A stretch of DNA of 64,000 nt from Syncephalis fuscata S228 (lineage: Eukaryota > Fungi > Zoopagomycota). The notes below the pieces were generated by a model. It ran no database searches. It saw nothing but the letters and a program-made list of their open reading frames with translations, and was not told where the DNA came from. The stretch is from contig JAHLTZ010000020.1 in assembly GCA_025786725.1 (NCBI GenBank), positions 410,634 to 474,633 on the forward strand, read 5' to 3'. Every line of letters starts with the position of its first letter. Positions within the stretch are counted from its first letter, which is position 1. Both the position numbers and the translations under genes were made by a program. Below are positions 39,765-52,655 of this stretch, piece by piece.

Positions 39765-39988
39765 TGATAACATTCGCGTAATTAAACTAGACAATCGTTT
39801 TACTGAAGATGGGAATGAGTGGTGAGAAATATTAATACTAAAATAATCTAATTATATTGTTTGTTTGATGGTTAAATGAATATTTTTATTAACATTCAAA
39901 TCTATTGAACATGATGATGGGTGGTGAATGACATCAACCATCAAATACTCATCATTATAGATTTATTGTTCAATATACATATATCCAC
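39765..39988 (+). repeat. Older diverged copy of the inverted-repeat family (homologous to ~41795-42010)
   Basis: ataacattcgcgtaa..gtggtgagaaatatta..ttgtttgtttg..tattgaacatgatgat..gacatcaaccatcaaatactcatc. Confidence 0.78.
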
Positions 39989-40540
39989 TATTCATATTGT
40001 AATACATTTTATTGTTATTATTATATATCCTAGTAACTTTAATCTACCCTTATTTAATCTTTTTTGTCGCTAGCTGCACTTGTTGCAAAGTTTGATTTTT
40101 CAATTATTCTACTCACTACGCTTACACGCGCGCACGCACGCAACAACACGTTCACTACTATTCATTTACTTATGGAAACATAAAGTGCTTACGCTTAATT
40201 GAACATAATAATAAAGTATAGATAAATTGAGCATATGTTTATCAACAATACTTGCCATAATGTGGTATAGGCATCGGTGCTTACAACGCGATAACAGCTA
40301 ACCAATCACTATACCTACTTATCATTATAGCATAAACGAGTCTATGACACTACGTAATAGTACAACAGATAACACTTGAATACCAATAAATCGAATTTTA
40401 TTATCTAATTAAACAATATTATAAGCAAATAAAAAACTATTCAAAACAATATCTTTATTCATAAACTGCTTATTGCTTGGCAATTAAACAGTGAGTAGTG
40501 CCATCATCATCATAGGCATCATAAGCATCATCAGCATCGT

Positions 40541-40801
40541 TTAGAGCGACTCCGACAACACGACCTTTTGGTTGTTGCTGGTGTTGTTGCTGTCGTTGCT
40601 ATGGGTGCTAGACACCGATGATTTACGCTGACGAGACGGCTGGGCAAGTTCATCTTTGGCAAGTGCCACGTCATCTTCTAGTGTACCCCAATTACCGCGA
40701 CCACCACCTTGCTTCTTCGTTTGTTGACGTGGATCGTCAGGCGTACCATTTCTCGATTGACGATCCAATTTATCCTTGTTAGAGCGCACAGTACGGGTCA
40801 T
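40541..40801 (-). CDS. STF2/TMA10-like small hydrophilic protein (HABP4/Stm1-related motif)
   Basis: MTRT start and KKQGGGRGNWG motif; 86 aa. Confidence 0.72.
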   Translation of the reverse strand: MTRTVRSNKDKLDRQSRNGTPDDPRQQTKKQGGGRGNWGTLEDDVALAKDELAQPSRQRKSSVSSTHSNDSNNTSNNQKVVLSESL

Positions 40802-41403
40802 GGTTGGCTAAAGAGCAGTAATGGCTATAGCACTAGTAGTAGTGGTGACAAATGGTAGAACGCAGTAGCGTGACGGTGATTTATGAAAGTAAAGGGACGG
40901 TCGGCCAACTAGAATAAGAGAGAGCAAAGGTTAGAGACGCCAACAACAAGTGTAAAAAGAACAGTAAAACAATATAGACAAGATAGTTGAAGGAATAAGA
41001 ATATTCAGCGAGAGAGAGAGAAGCTAGAAAAATAGAATAGTGTTAATGATATGTGATGGGGAAGAGGAACAAGACGCCAAAAGAGTGGGGTATTTATGGA
41101 CGGTCAAGGCGCTGGGGCAACAAGTCGTATCATTCTTGTATAATCAGTAAAGCCAGTTGATTGGTGTATTCTTGAAACGCATGAATACGAATGCCGTGTA
41201 AGTGATGATTCGCCATTATGACGAACAAGTAACTAAGAATAGGTCATGTGATGAATACTAAATGGGTGTTAGTTTTCCTTCAAAGCTACATTCCTCGCTA
41301 TTAACGGATCCGATCCGAACCGACTAGATAGAATATCGACATGATATAATAATTACTTGTGTAGCACTTTCATTACATCCTATTATTTGGATTATTGTTT
41401 AAA

Positions 41404-42521
41404 CACCTCACGCAGCTCGTATCCATAGTGTTTGTGCACAACTGTAGTGGATTTGGACTTGTTAAAGTGAATGTATCTTATTTATTTATATAAGCTAGTA
41501 GGCTATTGCATTACTTTTTGAGCGTGTTAACATCGCATCTCTACGTGGATTGACTTGAAAACGTTATTCAATGGTGGTTTTTAGATAGTAATCCATTTAG
41601 AATAGTTTTTTGTCAATGCTAGCATTGTTTTACCGGTGACATTGCTCTACGGATACACTTGTCTTTAGATGGTTGATTTTTGCTATTTCGTAGTTACTTT
41701 TCTTATTGTACGCATCAGTTATTGCTTATTTGTTTTATAGTATTGAACTTTGGTACCAAATGATATTTAGGTTCATTTCAGACAACCACATTTAATAACA
41801 TTCGCGTAACTGAACTAGATATTTGTTTTATTGAATATGGGCCGGTGGTGAGAAATATTAAATGCTAAAATCATTTAATTATGTTGTTTGTTTGTTGATC
41901 AATGACTAATTTAACAATATTCAATATATTGAACATGATGATAGATGGTGAGTGACATCAATCATCAAATAGTCATCATTGTAGATTTATTGTCAATATG
42001 CATATATCTAGTACACATATATCCTTATTCACCTATATCATTCCCATTCTATTCCACACTACTATATATCATTCTAAAATATACTAGACACAGTCTAATA
42101 TTTATGGCTTTCAATAATTCTTCTCAGTTCATCCATTACATTATACACACTATAGCTTTGACGTTGTTTTTATGCTTTGTCATTATATATCCATTCTAAT
42201 ATACAGCATTCTTGTACTCGTCTAGTCTTGCCATATCCAAAACTGCTATTGTTTTTCTTTTAGCTTTATTATTAATAAATTTGCTCATTAAGCTATATGT
42301 ATTTGAAACTTGTAGCTAATAAAATGTATACATATGGCATAAAGCTATATATAATGGTATGAGTATACAGTAGTAATTATCTATGTAAACAAAGGATATA
42401 TGCATACTGAATAATAAATATACAATGATGAGTATTTGATGATTGATGTCACTCACCATCTATCATCATGTTTAATATATTGAATATTGTAAAATGTAGT
42501 CATTTCGTCATCAGATCATAA
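41404..42521 (+). mobile_element. Non-autonomous AT-rich element, copy A; inverted arms ~41901-42008 and ~42395-42504
   Basis: Near-identical to 18499-19622 (inverted) and 52016-52614 (direct); arms are reverse complements of each other. Confidence 0.85.
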
Positions 42522-42758
42522 CATCGTTAATATCCTGATATCATGGCCATATTGCTATGATATCGCGACTAAAGAAATACGAACGTGATCTAATTATCTC
42601 CTAAGTCACATATACTGCTCGTAAAAGTGATATGAATCATTATTGATAATTTGTTAACTGTGTAAAGTATTATTTAATATATACATAAATAAAGAATTAA
42701 CCGATGATCAATATAGACAAGTGATGCAATTAATACTAATACTTTATTATAATTAATA

Positions 42759-44293
42759 TTATTCCGCCTTATCTTCTACCGTACAGCACTGCTCTTCTAC
42801 ACATCCATCAGCACATCTCAATAAACAGCTTTCTTCAGTAGTACCGATTTCATTTGGTTCAGAGGGTTTTGTTCTTTCTGGCTGCACTGTCGTTGAATGT
42901 ATACCATAAGAGTGTAGCAACTTCTTAATCCTCTGGGTTACTTTCATATAGTCACAGTCCGATGATACGAGTACATGGACAGATGCAATCAGTTTAGTAT
43001 CACTCAATTGCCATATATGTAGTTCATGTACAGAAAGGACACCTTGTATTTCCATAATATCCGCTCGCACCTCTTCAACTGGCACTGAATTGGGTGCACC
43101 TTGCAATAGAATATAACAAGTGGATTTCACTAATGGCACCGTGAATAGAATAATCATACCAGTGATGATCAGCGAAATAGCTGGATCTACATAGTACCGA
43201 TAATCCCATTCAGTCAACCAAATGATCAATGCAGATACAATAACCGCCACTGATCCAAGTGCATCACCAAGTACATGTAGAAATACACCTTGCATATTTA
43301 ATGCACCTTGTTTCTTTTTAGCACGTTCTTTGGATGCACTCTTAGTTGGTGTAGCCGTTGATGGCGATGTATCATCTTCGACGACCACTATAACATCATT
43401 TCTTTTTGAGCTTTCGCCGGCATATACCGTTTCTTTGCCATTATCCTCGCTTGTATCTTGACATAGCTCGTCGTCTGTTTCGTCGTGTGCCAATGCTTCA
43501 TTTCGTTGCCGTACTTCTGCAGCCGCTTGAACCATACTAGCCCGAGTTTGTGCCGGTAGAATAGCAATACTATCCTCAACTGACTTTGAATAACGGCTTG
43601 AACTATAAGGTCTTTCGCTATCTTCATCTAGCTCATCTTCGGCGATATGCTTGCCACGGATGTAGGCTGCTGTAGCGCTGCTAGAGGCGCCATGGCTTGA
43701 AGACGATCTTCTGTGATGGCCATGGGATGCGCCAATAATGCTTTTAGACTGGCTTCGTTTACCGGTATCGATCAATCCATCATCTACATCCTCGTCTTCG
43801 TGGTCATGATGATGTTCATGGTCGTGCTTATCGCCATGGCTGTGTCCATGTCCGTGTCCATGATCGTGTCCATGTCCGTGGCCGTGTCCATGCTCATGGA
43901 ACAAAAACATACCTAGTAGGTTGACGACTAGGCCTGCGCCACCTACAATCAGTACGAGCTGTGGACTTTCTATTGGTTCCGGCGACACAAAACGCTGAAT
44001 AGCCTCGATAACAATGTCATACACAGAGCAAGTAAAAATACACCGTTGATAAGCGCACCGAGTACTTCAGCTCGCTGCCAGCCATAGCTGTAGCGTGGTG
44101 CGTGATTGGTACGCTTTGCTAAACGGATTGCATACAAAGCAACACATAGCGACAAAATATCAGATAACATATGGAATGAGTCCGCCACTAAGGCGATTGA
44201 CCCCGCAGCATAACCAACAATTAGTTCAAGGAAGAAGAATATAGTAGTAAGTACAAGCAGAATGCTTATACGCACTGAACGAGAGAGTGCCAT
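42759..44293 (-). CDS. CDF zinc transporter (Zrc1/Cot1/ZnT1-like); 1 apparent frameshift near 44016
   Basis: SIALVADSFHMLSD, YSYGWQRAEVLGALIN, His-rich loop, LNMQGVFLHVLGDALGS, VHELHIWQLS, GIHSTTVQPE. Confidence 0.95.
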
Positions 44294-45388
44294 CTTGCAA
44301 AGAAAAATAGCAAAAAGTGGAAAAGTTACGTATGTCGGTGATAGAAAACGAATAACTTGTAATTCTTTTTATAGAATTTACAACATAACACAGTCAAATG
44401 GCATTTGGAATGGTCTATCTGCCCGCTTTCTTGGCCTTTAAGCACCTTAACAAAGAATCGACACACAATGTTTGGGATGCAAGAGGCTATGTAGCACAGC
44501 AAAAATAGTTTGCTTGTAGCACTAAAGCAATAGTAAAAATAGCCAGACAGTAGTAACGAAGCAAAAACAAATGCAAATAAACTACAATCAATCTAATAGA
44601 CCATTTCCATTAGACATCTATTTTTATGCATTACACAAACAGGCATACCTATATATATGTGCGTGTATACTTGAATAACATAGAATATCGTTATGAATAG
44701 ATACTGCCATTTGAGCTACCGCCTGGATGCAAGGGATGGCAGTCTATTACGGTGTAGTACTGACTCGTGCATCGATGTAGATATGGAAATTAATACAACA
44801 CGATTCCGTCATTCCCCGTAAAAAAACGACCTAATAGACCAGTAACCATGGATATCACCCTATCAAATATGCATGTTATACATTGATCAAGGCCAATAGG
44901 CCATAAAACAAATAGTACGGCATTAATCGATCAATGGATATTGTAGTATATTGGATTATAAAGTGAAACCATTACAAACCATGCAACAATACAGCATCGC
45001 TGTAAAATTGCCATTGTGTACGCCATTCTATTCTATTTATTACAAACAACCTACTAAATACAAGCAACTATTCTAAATACTATTGAGGTATCAGTTGGTG
45101 TCCTGCCAACCTATTTCAAACTGCACGTTTAGCATCTCTTTCTATACGTTGCGGTACTAGTTGTAGTATACTGGTTTAGTTGGGCTATTTTCAGTCTGGG
45201 TTCTGTATCACTAACGTCCAGAAAAGGAAATGGACAAATAACCTGCCACATTTTAATATCCCATAGCATGGAATTCTAGCTTAGTCATTTATGACTATAC
45301 ACTAATAATAATAAAATCAGTTTGTATTAACTATACGCTCAGTTTATTATTATGCCATGTTTTCAATCGCTACATAAATCAACAACAG

Positions 45389-48300
45389 CTACTTTTTAAG
45401 TGTACGCTGCTTTTCAGCATGTTCTGTAATCTTCTTTTCGACAAACATGCCCTGCAAATGGTTAGTAGTCACTTGTTAGATAGTTTCGTTTAAAGTATCA
45501 CATGTATTTACCTTTCGTTTACGTACGGCGTCCATGTACCGTCGTGCTACATTCTCGCGATCTGACTTTTCGCCTAAATCTTCCAATTCTTCTTCTGTAG
45601 TAGGGACCCAGAACGGATCTTCGTCTAATATTTCGTAGCCGCTAAAAATAAGCTGTGGAATAGCGGCCCCTGATGTTCTTTTACGAATTTCTATCCTACT
45701 GGTTAGCAATAGTCAAAGTACTGTATCGTTTCAAGTAACTGACCATCGGCAAATCCGAAACTCTCCACTACGGGCAATTTAGATTGAATAGTAAACAAGG
45801 CTGTACTTTCATCCATTTCCTCAGATACAACACGACCACGTCGACGGGATACCACACCATAGACTCGGCCAAGTACTTCACTCGTTGCTTGGATATCACA
45901 GATATAGACGGCAAGCATAAGACGTGGTGACCATTGTAGAAATGCTTTACGACAAGCGTCGCGTGTCAAGGTAATGACCTGTCCACTGAACCTTGTCAAT
46001 GATTTGTAGTCTAATGATCGTTAGATATCTTTTAGTAATCTAGCATTTTACTTACTTTGACTTTCACTATTAGTTGATGTATCAGCAGTCTCTTGGTCCG
46101 GTGTCACGTCAAATGATTCAACAAACCAACCAATGCCCACACAAGGCTCAGCGCATAATGGGCCAACTTGTGTAGCCATTTGGAAGCCTGTAGCAATATT
46201 TTCATCAAATATATCTACTAGTTTCTGTACAGTCGAATCAGATGAAGCTGTGTTATTGTCATCGTTATTATCATTGTTTAATAATATTTCATCAAACAGT
46301 CTATTACAAAAGTTAATAATATAATAATACTAACATATCTATCAATTATAATTATAACATTAATAAAAAGGATACGATTTGCGTTGATAATTAGGAATTT
46401 GATTAATCAACAAGTTAGGACCAATACGTTTAGGTCCAAAGGTCCAAATACTGTTATCATTAAATATTACATTACTAAATATCAATATAATATATATTAA
46501 TTAATTACTTTACCTATCTAATATATTATGCCAAATAGTATCTCTTTCCTTCTTTAATGCTTGTTGGAGTAGTGTTTTCAGTTCCATAACCTCCTTTCTG
46601 CCTTGTTCTGAAATATCATTAGTCTCGAATGAATTGATATCAATAATGCCCTCATTGGTGCACTGTCAGAAGGCAGTATAATGTCATCGACAATAGTATC
46701 ACTAACTACAATTCCTTGTAGTATTGTATAGTTGATTTATGTGCTTCTAATATCTTTACAATAGATTTAGGTAGTGGACGGGCCCGTATTTGGATCTTGA
46801 TGCGTCCATTGGCCGCTTCCAATGCTACTGCTTGTTTAGCTTTAACAATGGCATCAACATCCACTAAGTCGTGCTATTAGTCTATCGTTGCATCATAGTT
46901 GCTATTGCATAGCATAGACCATTGAACTCACCATTAGAGGGTGCCACAATCGTTTCACGGAATGGAACAATAGGTGGAGATACACGAATATCTATTTTGG
47001 CAAATCGCTCACGCAAATCCTTAATACAGCGCTATAAATACGTCAGTTCAGTCCATTCACTATGCCATAAGTAGCTACTACTTGCCTCTAAATGTAATTC
47101 TCCTGCCGTCATAAGCACATGTTCACCAGTCGTTTGGAGTACTACTTCAGCACATGGATCTGCTTGACTTAGTAGACGGAGTCCTTCAACCAATGCAGAC
47201 ATCTTGGCTATAAGACCATCATCGTTATTAGCAATCGTAGGTATATGCACTATTACACTTACTTGGATTAGATGGTTCAACCGCCACTCTAACTATAGGT
47301 GCCGACTGTATCAACAGTTAATATAATGTCTAATGAGCCATTATTACTCACTTGTCCTTTCAAAGCACCAAAGCTAGGACAGTCATGCTGATCGGTTAAA
47401 GTGGCCGTCTTTAGTACAACGCCATCAAGGCCACCAATACCACACACATTACCGGCAGGCACTTCACTAAGCATAACCAGATCACGACCCATAAGCATGT
47501 ACAATGAACTGATTGTGACTTGAGCCGTATGAAGATTGGGTCGAGCAGGATCGTATTTGGGACCAAGTACACGAATCGATTGGCCCACACGTAGAATACC
47601 GCTATAGACCCGCGCATATCCAATAAGTGCCTCGCCTTTGGCGGCTGTTCCGCCTTTTCATTCGTCTCTTCACGTTGTTGCCATCAATAGGCTCTGCACC
47701 AACATGATCGCTTTCACTCTCTTGACGAGCTGCTCGGGCCTCTCGTATCTGTCGACCACGTTCACGCATCTCTTCAGCCGTCATAGATCGCTTCTTATGT
47801 TCGGGTAGTAGCTCGGATGGAATTGAAAGCATTTTAGTTACAAATGCTGCTACCGGTGCCGTCTCACGATTGTCACAGCCATACAGCGCCGTCTCTATAT
47901 CATTAGAAGCGGTAATCGTATCTGAATTGTTATCCATAGCATCTGGATAAAGAATATGATGTAATCGTTCTGGCTGTGCTTCAACCGGTGATGGTAGTCG
48001 ATCTACAACACCTAGTAGCACGCTGGCCGATAATGGAAGCCATTGACCAAATATAGTCGATAATAAAGTGCGCGGCTCTTTACTTCTTAGATCTCGTGGC
48101 AGTACTTTAATATTAAGTGTCTTGACAATCTTTTGTACTTTCTCTGCATCCCTAGTATCATTTAAATGAATAGCTATTACAATAGCTGATCAGATGTACC
48201 TACGGTTCAACAGCCACTGCATGATATACTGCCCATATATTATCCAAGGCCATCTGTACAAAGATGGGCTTAAGTGGCCGACCTTTAAGCTGTCTATGGC

Positions 48301-49431
48301 CAATAACACGCTTTGTCTTTGGATCAATGTAATAATCGCCCCAAAATGTACGTCTTAACAATGTTTCATTAACACCAAGTCGTGCTGCATACATTTGTGA
48401 GAACTGCTTCACTCTAAAGGCCCATCCATCAATGGCACTGGCAAATATCACATTGCCGTGTTCGGGCGCAAAAAACCATCGATCATCTTCACTCACTTCT
48501 TCAGAATCACCTGCCTCAGAAGGTGTTGGTGTATTGACAGCAGAGTTTGGATTAGAATTAAATAGAGCTTGTTCTTGTTCCTATTAGAATAGACATTATA
48601 AGTGATTTAATAACAATGTTATTATTATAGTGGTATCGATACTACCTTTTGCAGTTCATGTTTACGTGTTTCTCCTTCAACCCGTTCATCGGCAAATAGC
48701 TGGCCCATGACTGCGTTGACTTGTTCTAGAATACGTCGTAGATGCTGGTACGCCTCCATAGGTGTTAGTCGTAGCTCAGTCGCTAATCGATCAATTTTAT
48801 TGAGCACCAATAGTGGACGGACTCGTTCTTGTCGTGCTTGTCGTAGTACGGCGTGGGTCTAGTGGCGTAAGTATGAGTCAGTGTTTGTCGGCTTAATGGT
48901 GGTCAGTTGCTCTTGTTACCTGGGTGCAGACACCTTCAACAACATCCACTAGTACAAGTGCACCGTCACATAGTCGTGAGGCTGTTGATACTTCACTCGA
49001 AAAGTCAACATGTCCCGGTGAATCAATTAAATTGATTAAATAATCGTCAGTAACAGGTTGTTTTACAGCAGGTTCGTTATCTATTTAGACTGAATGAGCA
49101 AGGATACTTAAGCTAGTAAATACTTACTTGTGATAGTTGAATCAGATTCTCCAGTTGTTCTATTCGTTGTTGCTACGGATTGATGTTGGACTTGGAAGAA
49201 TAGACTAATGCTGCTTGATTCCATAGTGATGCCACGTTCTTGTTCGTCTTCACGAGAATCTAGATATCGTACTTTACCCGCTAGCTTCTGTGAAATAACG
49301 CCATTGGAGGCAACTAACGAGTCGGACAGAGTTGTTTTACCGTGGTCAACATGGGCAAGAATACAGAGATTCCGCACTTTGTCCGGTTGCTTTTGCAGAG
49401 CAGTTAAAGTCTCTGTACTAATAGTTGGCAT
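45389..49431 (-). CDS. RIA1: Elongation factor-like GTPase 1 (ribosome assembly), multi-exon
   Basis: [99 protein letters not shown]. Confidence 0.95.
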
Positions 49432-49971
49432 TGTATATACGGTAAAATAGAGATAAAACGAGCAAGCAACGGTATAAGAATGACACAGCTTAGTAATGAG
49501 TAATAGTTATAAATATATTATTTTATTATAATTGCTTTTATTCATTAATGCGTTAAATGGATTGATTTATTATTACACTTTGTGCTATTTTTAAATTAAC
49601 CAGCTTCAACTGTAGTGCAGTATTGTATGCTTCATGGCTTACGCTTAATTATTAAATAAGTTATTTTAGCTTATATGATTTGTTACTATGGTCATTGAAT
49701 TAGCCATTTTGATTATTTTCTAGTTGTTAATTAACATATACTCTGCAACTATTACTATATTATTTATTAACTTTTCTTGTCTGTATGTTTTACTACGCCT
49801 CACTTTATTATCTAATAAACACGTTCTATTCGTTGTAATTGTTTACTTGTAAATAGTTATAGTGCGTGTATGATGCAATGAGTAAATTGAATAAAGTAAA
49901 ATTACATAAAAATGAAACCTGTCTAATATAACATAGAATGATATACAGCAGTATGGTTATACAACGAAAAT

Positions 49972-50083
49972 TATATATGCATACTGGATACTAAATCTAC
50001 GAAAATGAGTATTTTAAAAATACATGTCATTCACCATCTAGTTCCACGTTCAATAGACCGAGTATTATCAAATGTAATCATTT
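49972..50083 (-). repeat. Degenerate relic of the inverted-repeat family
   Basis: tatatgcatactgg..aaatctac..atgagtattt..tgtcattcaccatc..gttcaatag..aaatgtaatcattt. Confidence 0.6.
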
Positions 50084-50640
50084 AACACTAAATTATACTA
50101 ACTCATTAATAAATTGTTTAATATAAATAATTAAGATAATTGAATAAATTGCTATACTGTTCCCAGACCAGTTCACATAAAGACCTGGAGGCCAAACTCG
50201 GTACTAAAAAGGCCGGGCCGAAATAAGCTGAGAAACCCTACTTATACGCCAAAAAATAGATCGTAGGCTACAAGTAAATAAAGCAATATAGACTAGTGTT
50301 TTAGTACTGAATATGTTGCCATTATTATAATTTATAACAGTAATCTAATCATATTAACGACGCACTGTTTTACTAAGATTCTATTGCTTATTTAATATGT
50401 TCAGTTTATGTCGTATGACTAAAATGATTGACAAATAAGGCGCTTTGGGGATTATATTTCGACTGCGATTTGTCTGGGGTCTCATATACCTGTATGTTCT
50501 CAATCGACGGCTATGAATTTGCCGATAGCAAAGTTGGTCTGGCTACTTAAACGACAAAACACACTGACCACAACACTTTGGACGCGCACGCACACACCGT
50601 CTTATTTTCTCCATTAACAGCAGCAATTACACACTGCACT

Positions 50641-51538
50641 ATGAAGCTCGATAGCACAAAAGTAGCACTCGTCACCGGAGCAAGCTCTGGGTTTGGCCTA
50701 GCAATTTCGCAACATCTTGCTGCCCATGGTGTACGCATTGTTATGGGAGACCTTAACGATAGTGCAGGTGAAGCCGCGGCCCAAGCTATTAATAAACAGT
50801 ATGGCGAGAAGCGGGCTATCTATCGCCACTGCGATGTTACGCGGGCCGAGGATCAACGAGCACTATTCGAGGCGGGTGTCGACGCGTTCGGCGGTATTGA
50901 TATTGTATGAATAATGCCGGATTAGCGAACCAGGCGTCTTTCCTCTCGTGCCAACGTGGACCAAAGTTATCGATATCAACTTCACCGCTGTAACACTTGG
51001 TGTCGAGCTTGGTTATGAGTATTTGAAGCGACGCGGTGGCGGTGTTATTGTCAACACGCCTCGCTATCTGGTCTTTATCCATTCCCTGTAGCACCTGTCT
51101 ACTCAGCCTCAAAGAGTGCAGTAAGTAGATTATTGTATTTAGATAATATACATGCAATTCATGACTAATACAAATGTATCTAAATAGGTTATTGTCTTGA
51201 CGCGGGCACTTCGTCAATGGAAGAGGAACACAACATTCGTGTAAACGCTGTGGCACCATCGTTTGTTGGTAAGATGATAACAACATCTATAACCATGTAC
51301 AAAAGACTAATGATAATGATAATGCTTCACTTGTATAGCTACGGCAATGGTTACAACAGCACAAAAACAAGGAAATCTGCCAACGGCTGATACAAGTAAA
51401 GACTTCCAGTTAATGCCATTGTCCTTGGTGATCGAGGCCATGGATCGATTGATTGTTGATGAAAGTCTTGCTGGTGAAATTGCTCGTGTCACGCCTCAGT
51501 ATGGTGTAAACATTGTACGCTGGAAGGGCAAATTGTAA
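50641..51538 (+). CDS. Short-chain dehydrogenase/reductase (15-hydroxyprostaglandin dehydrogenase-like); several apparent frameshifts
   Basis: VALVTGASSGFG, CDVT, DI..NNAG, VYSASK, IRVNAVAP; C-terminal GKL (possible PTS1 variant). Confidence 0.82.
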
Positions 51539-51620
51539 AAAAGTCGTTTATTCAATGATGAAGACTTGCCATTTAATAAAACGGTTTTAATTTTATATAA
51601 CATAAATATATCAGCAATTC

Positions 51621-51792
51621 AATGTTTTTAACTGATCAGTATGGCAGCATTGCAAGCTTACCATCGCCATATTTATTATGATATTTATTCAGTTTTAATT
51701 GGGATTGCTTAGTGGCCGTCTAATGCTTGATAACCAAACCAACATAATATGTTCTCGTCGCTTTGATTCTCAAACACACTTATTGTACTTTG
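51621..51792 (-). pseudogene. Decayed internal fragment of the adjacent F-box-like gene (homologous to 53538-53710)
   Basis: ggcagcattgcaagctt..ccatcgccata..tagtggccgtctaatgc..gataacca aligns with 53538-53710 with many transitions and indels. Confidence 0.82.
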
Positions 51793-52015
51793 GTTACTTT
51801 GAACGTTTTATCCTGTAATTACACTTAAGTAAGCCACGTGCAGTTTTACGTATGTGCAACTTTTAATAAGTAATATTAATAATTTATTTAGTTAAGCATT
51901 CTATTCATTATTATTGTTAAATTAACATTAAGCAATCTGTTAATGATTTAATGTAATTTAATGATCGAATCAATACAGTTGATAACATTTGTGCAATTGA
52001 ACTACACATTCTTTC

Positions 52016-52614
52016 TATTGAATATAATGATAAATGGTAAGTGACATTAATAATCAAATAGTCATTATTGTAGATTTATTGTCAATATGCATATATTTAG
52101 TACACATATATCCTTTATTCATCTATATCATTCCCATTCTATTCCACACAATTATATATCATTCTAAAATATACTAGACACAGTCTAATATTTATGGCTT
52201 TCAATACATTCTTTTCAGTTCATCCATTACATTATACACACTATAGCTTTGACGTTGTTTTTATGCTTTGTCATTATATATCCATTCTAATATACAGTAT
52301 TCTTGTGCTCGTCTAGTCTTGCCATATCCAAAACTGCTATTGTTTTTCTTTTAGCTTTATTATTAATAAATTTGACTCACTAAGCTATATGTATTTGAAA
52401 CTTGTTGCTAATAAAATGTATACAGTATGGCATAAAGCTATATATAATGGTATGAGTATACAGTAGTAATTATTTATGTAAACAAAGGATATATGCATAC
52501 TGAATAATAAATATAAAATGATGAGTATTTGATGATTGATGTCACTCACCATCTATCATCATGTTCAATATATTGAATATTGTAAAATGTAGTCATTTCG
52601 TCATCAGATCATAA
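52016..52614 (+). mobile_element. Non-autonomous AT-rich element, copy B (core only; left arm mutated)
   Basis: Direct repeat of ~41927-42521. Confidence 0.85.
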
Positions 52615-52655
52615 TAGTAATTAATTGTTTAATATTAGCATTTATTTATTAATGA

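Noticed and set aside
44425-44455. Zap1-type zinc-responsive element upstream of the zinc transporter
   Set aside because: Only partial matches to ACCTTNAAGGT
50908-50910. In-frame TGA in the SDR as selenocysteine or readthrough
   Set aside because: The NNAG motif continues in a different frame, so an indel explains it; no SECIS recognised
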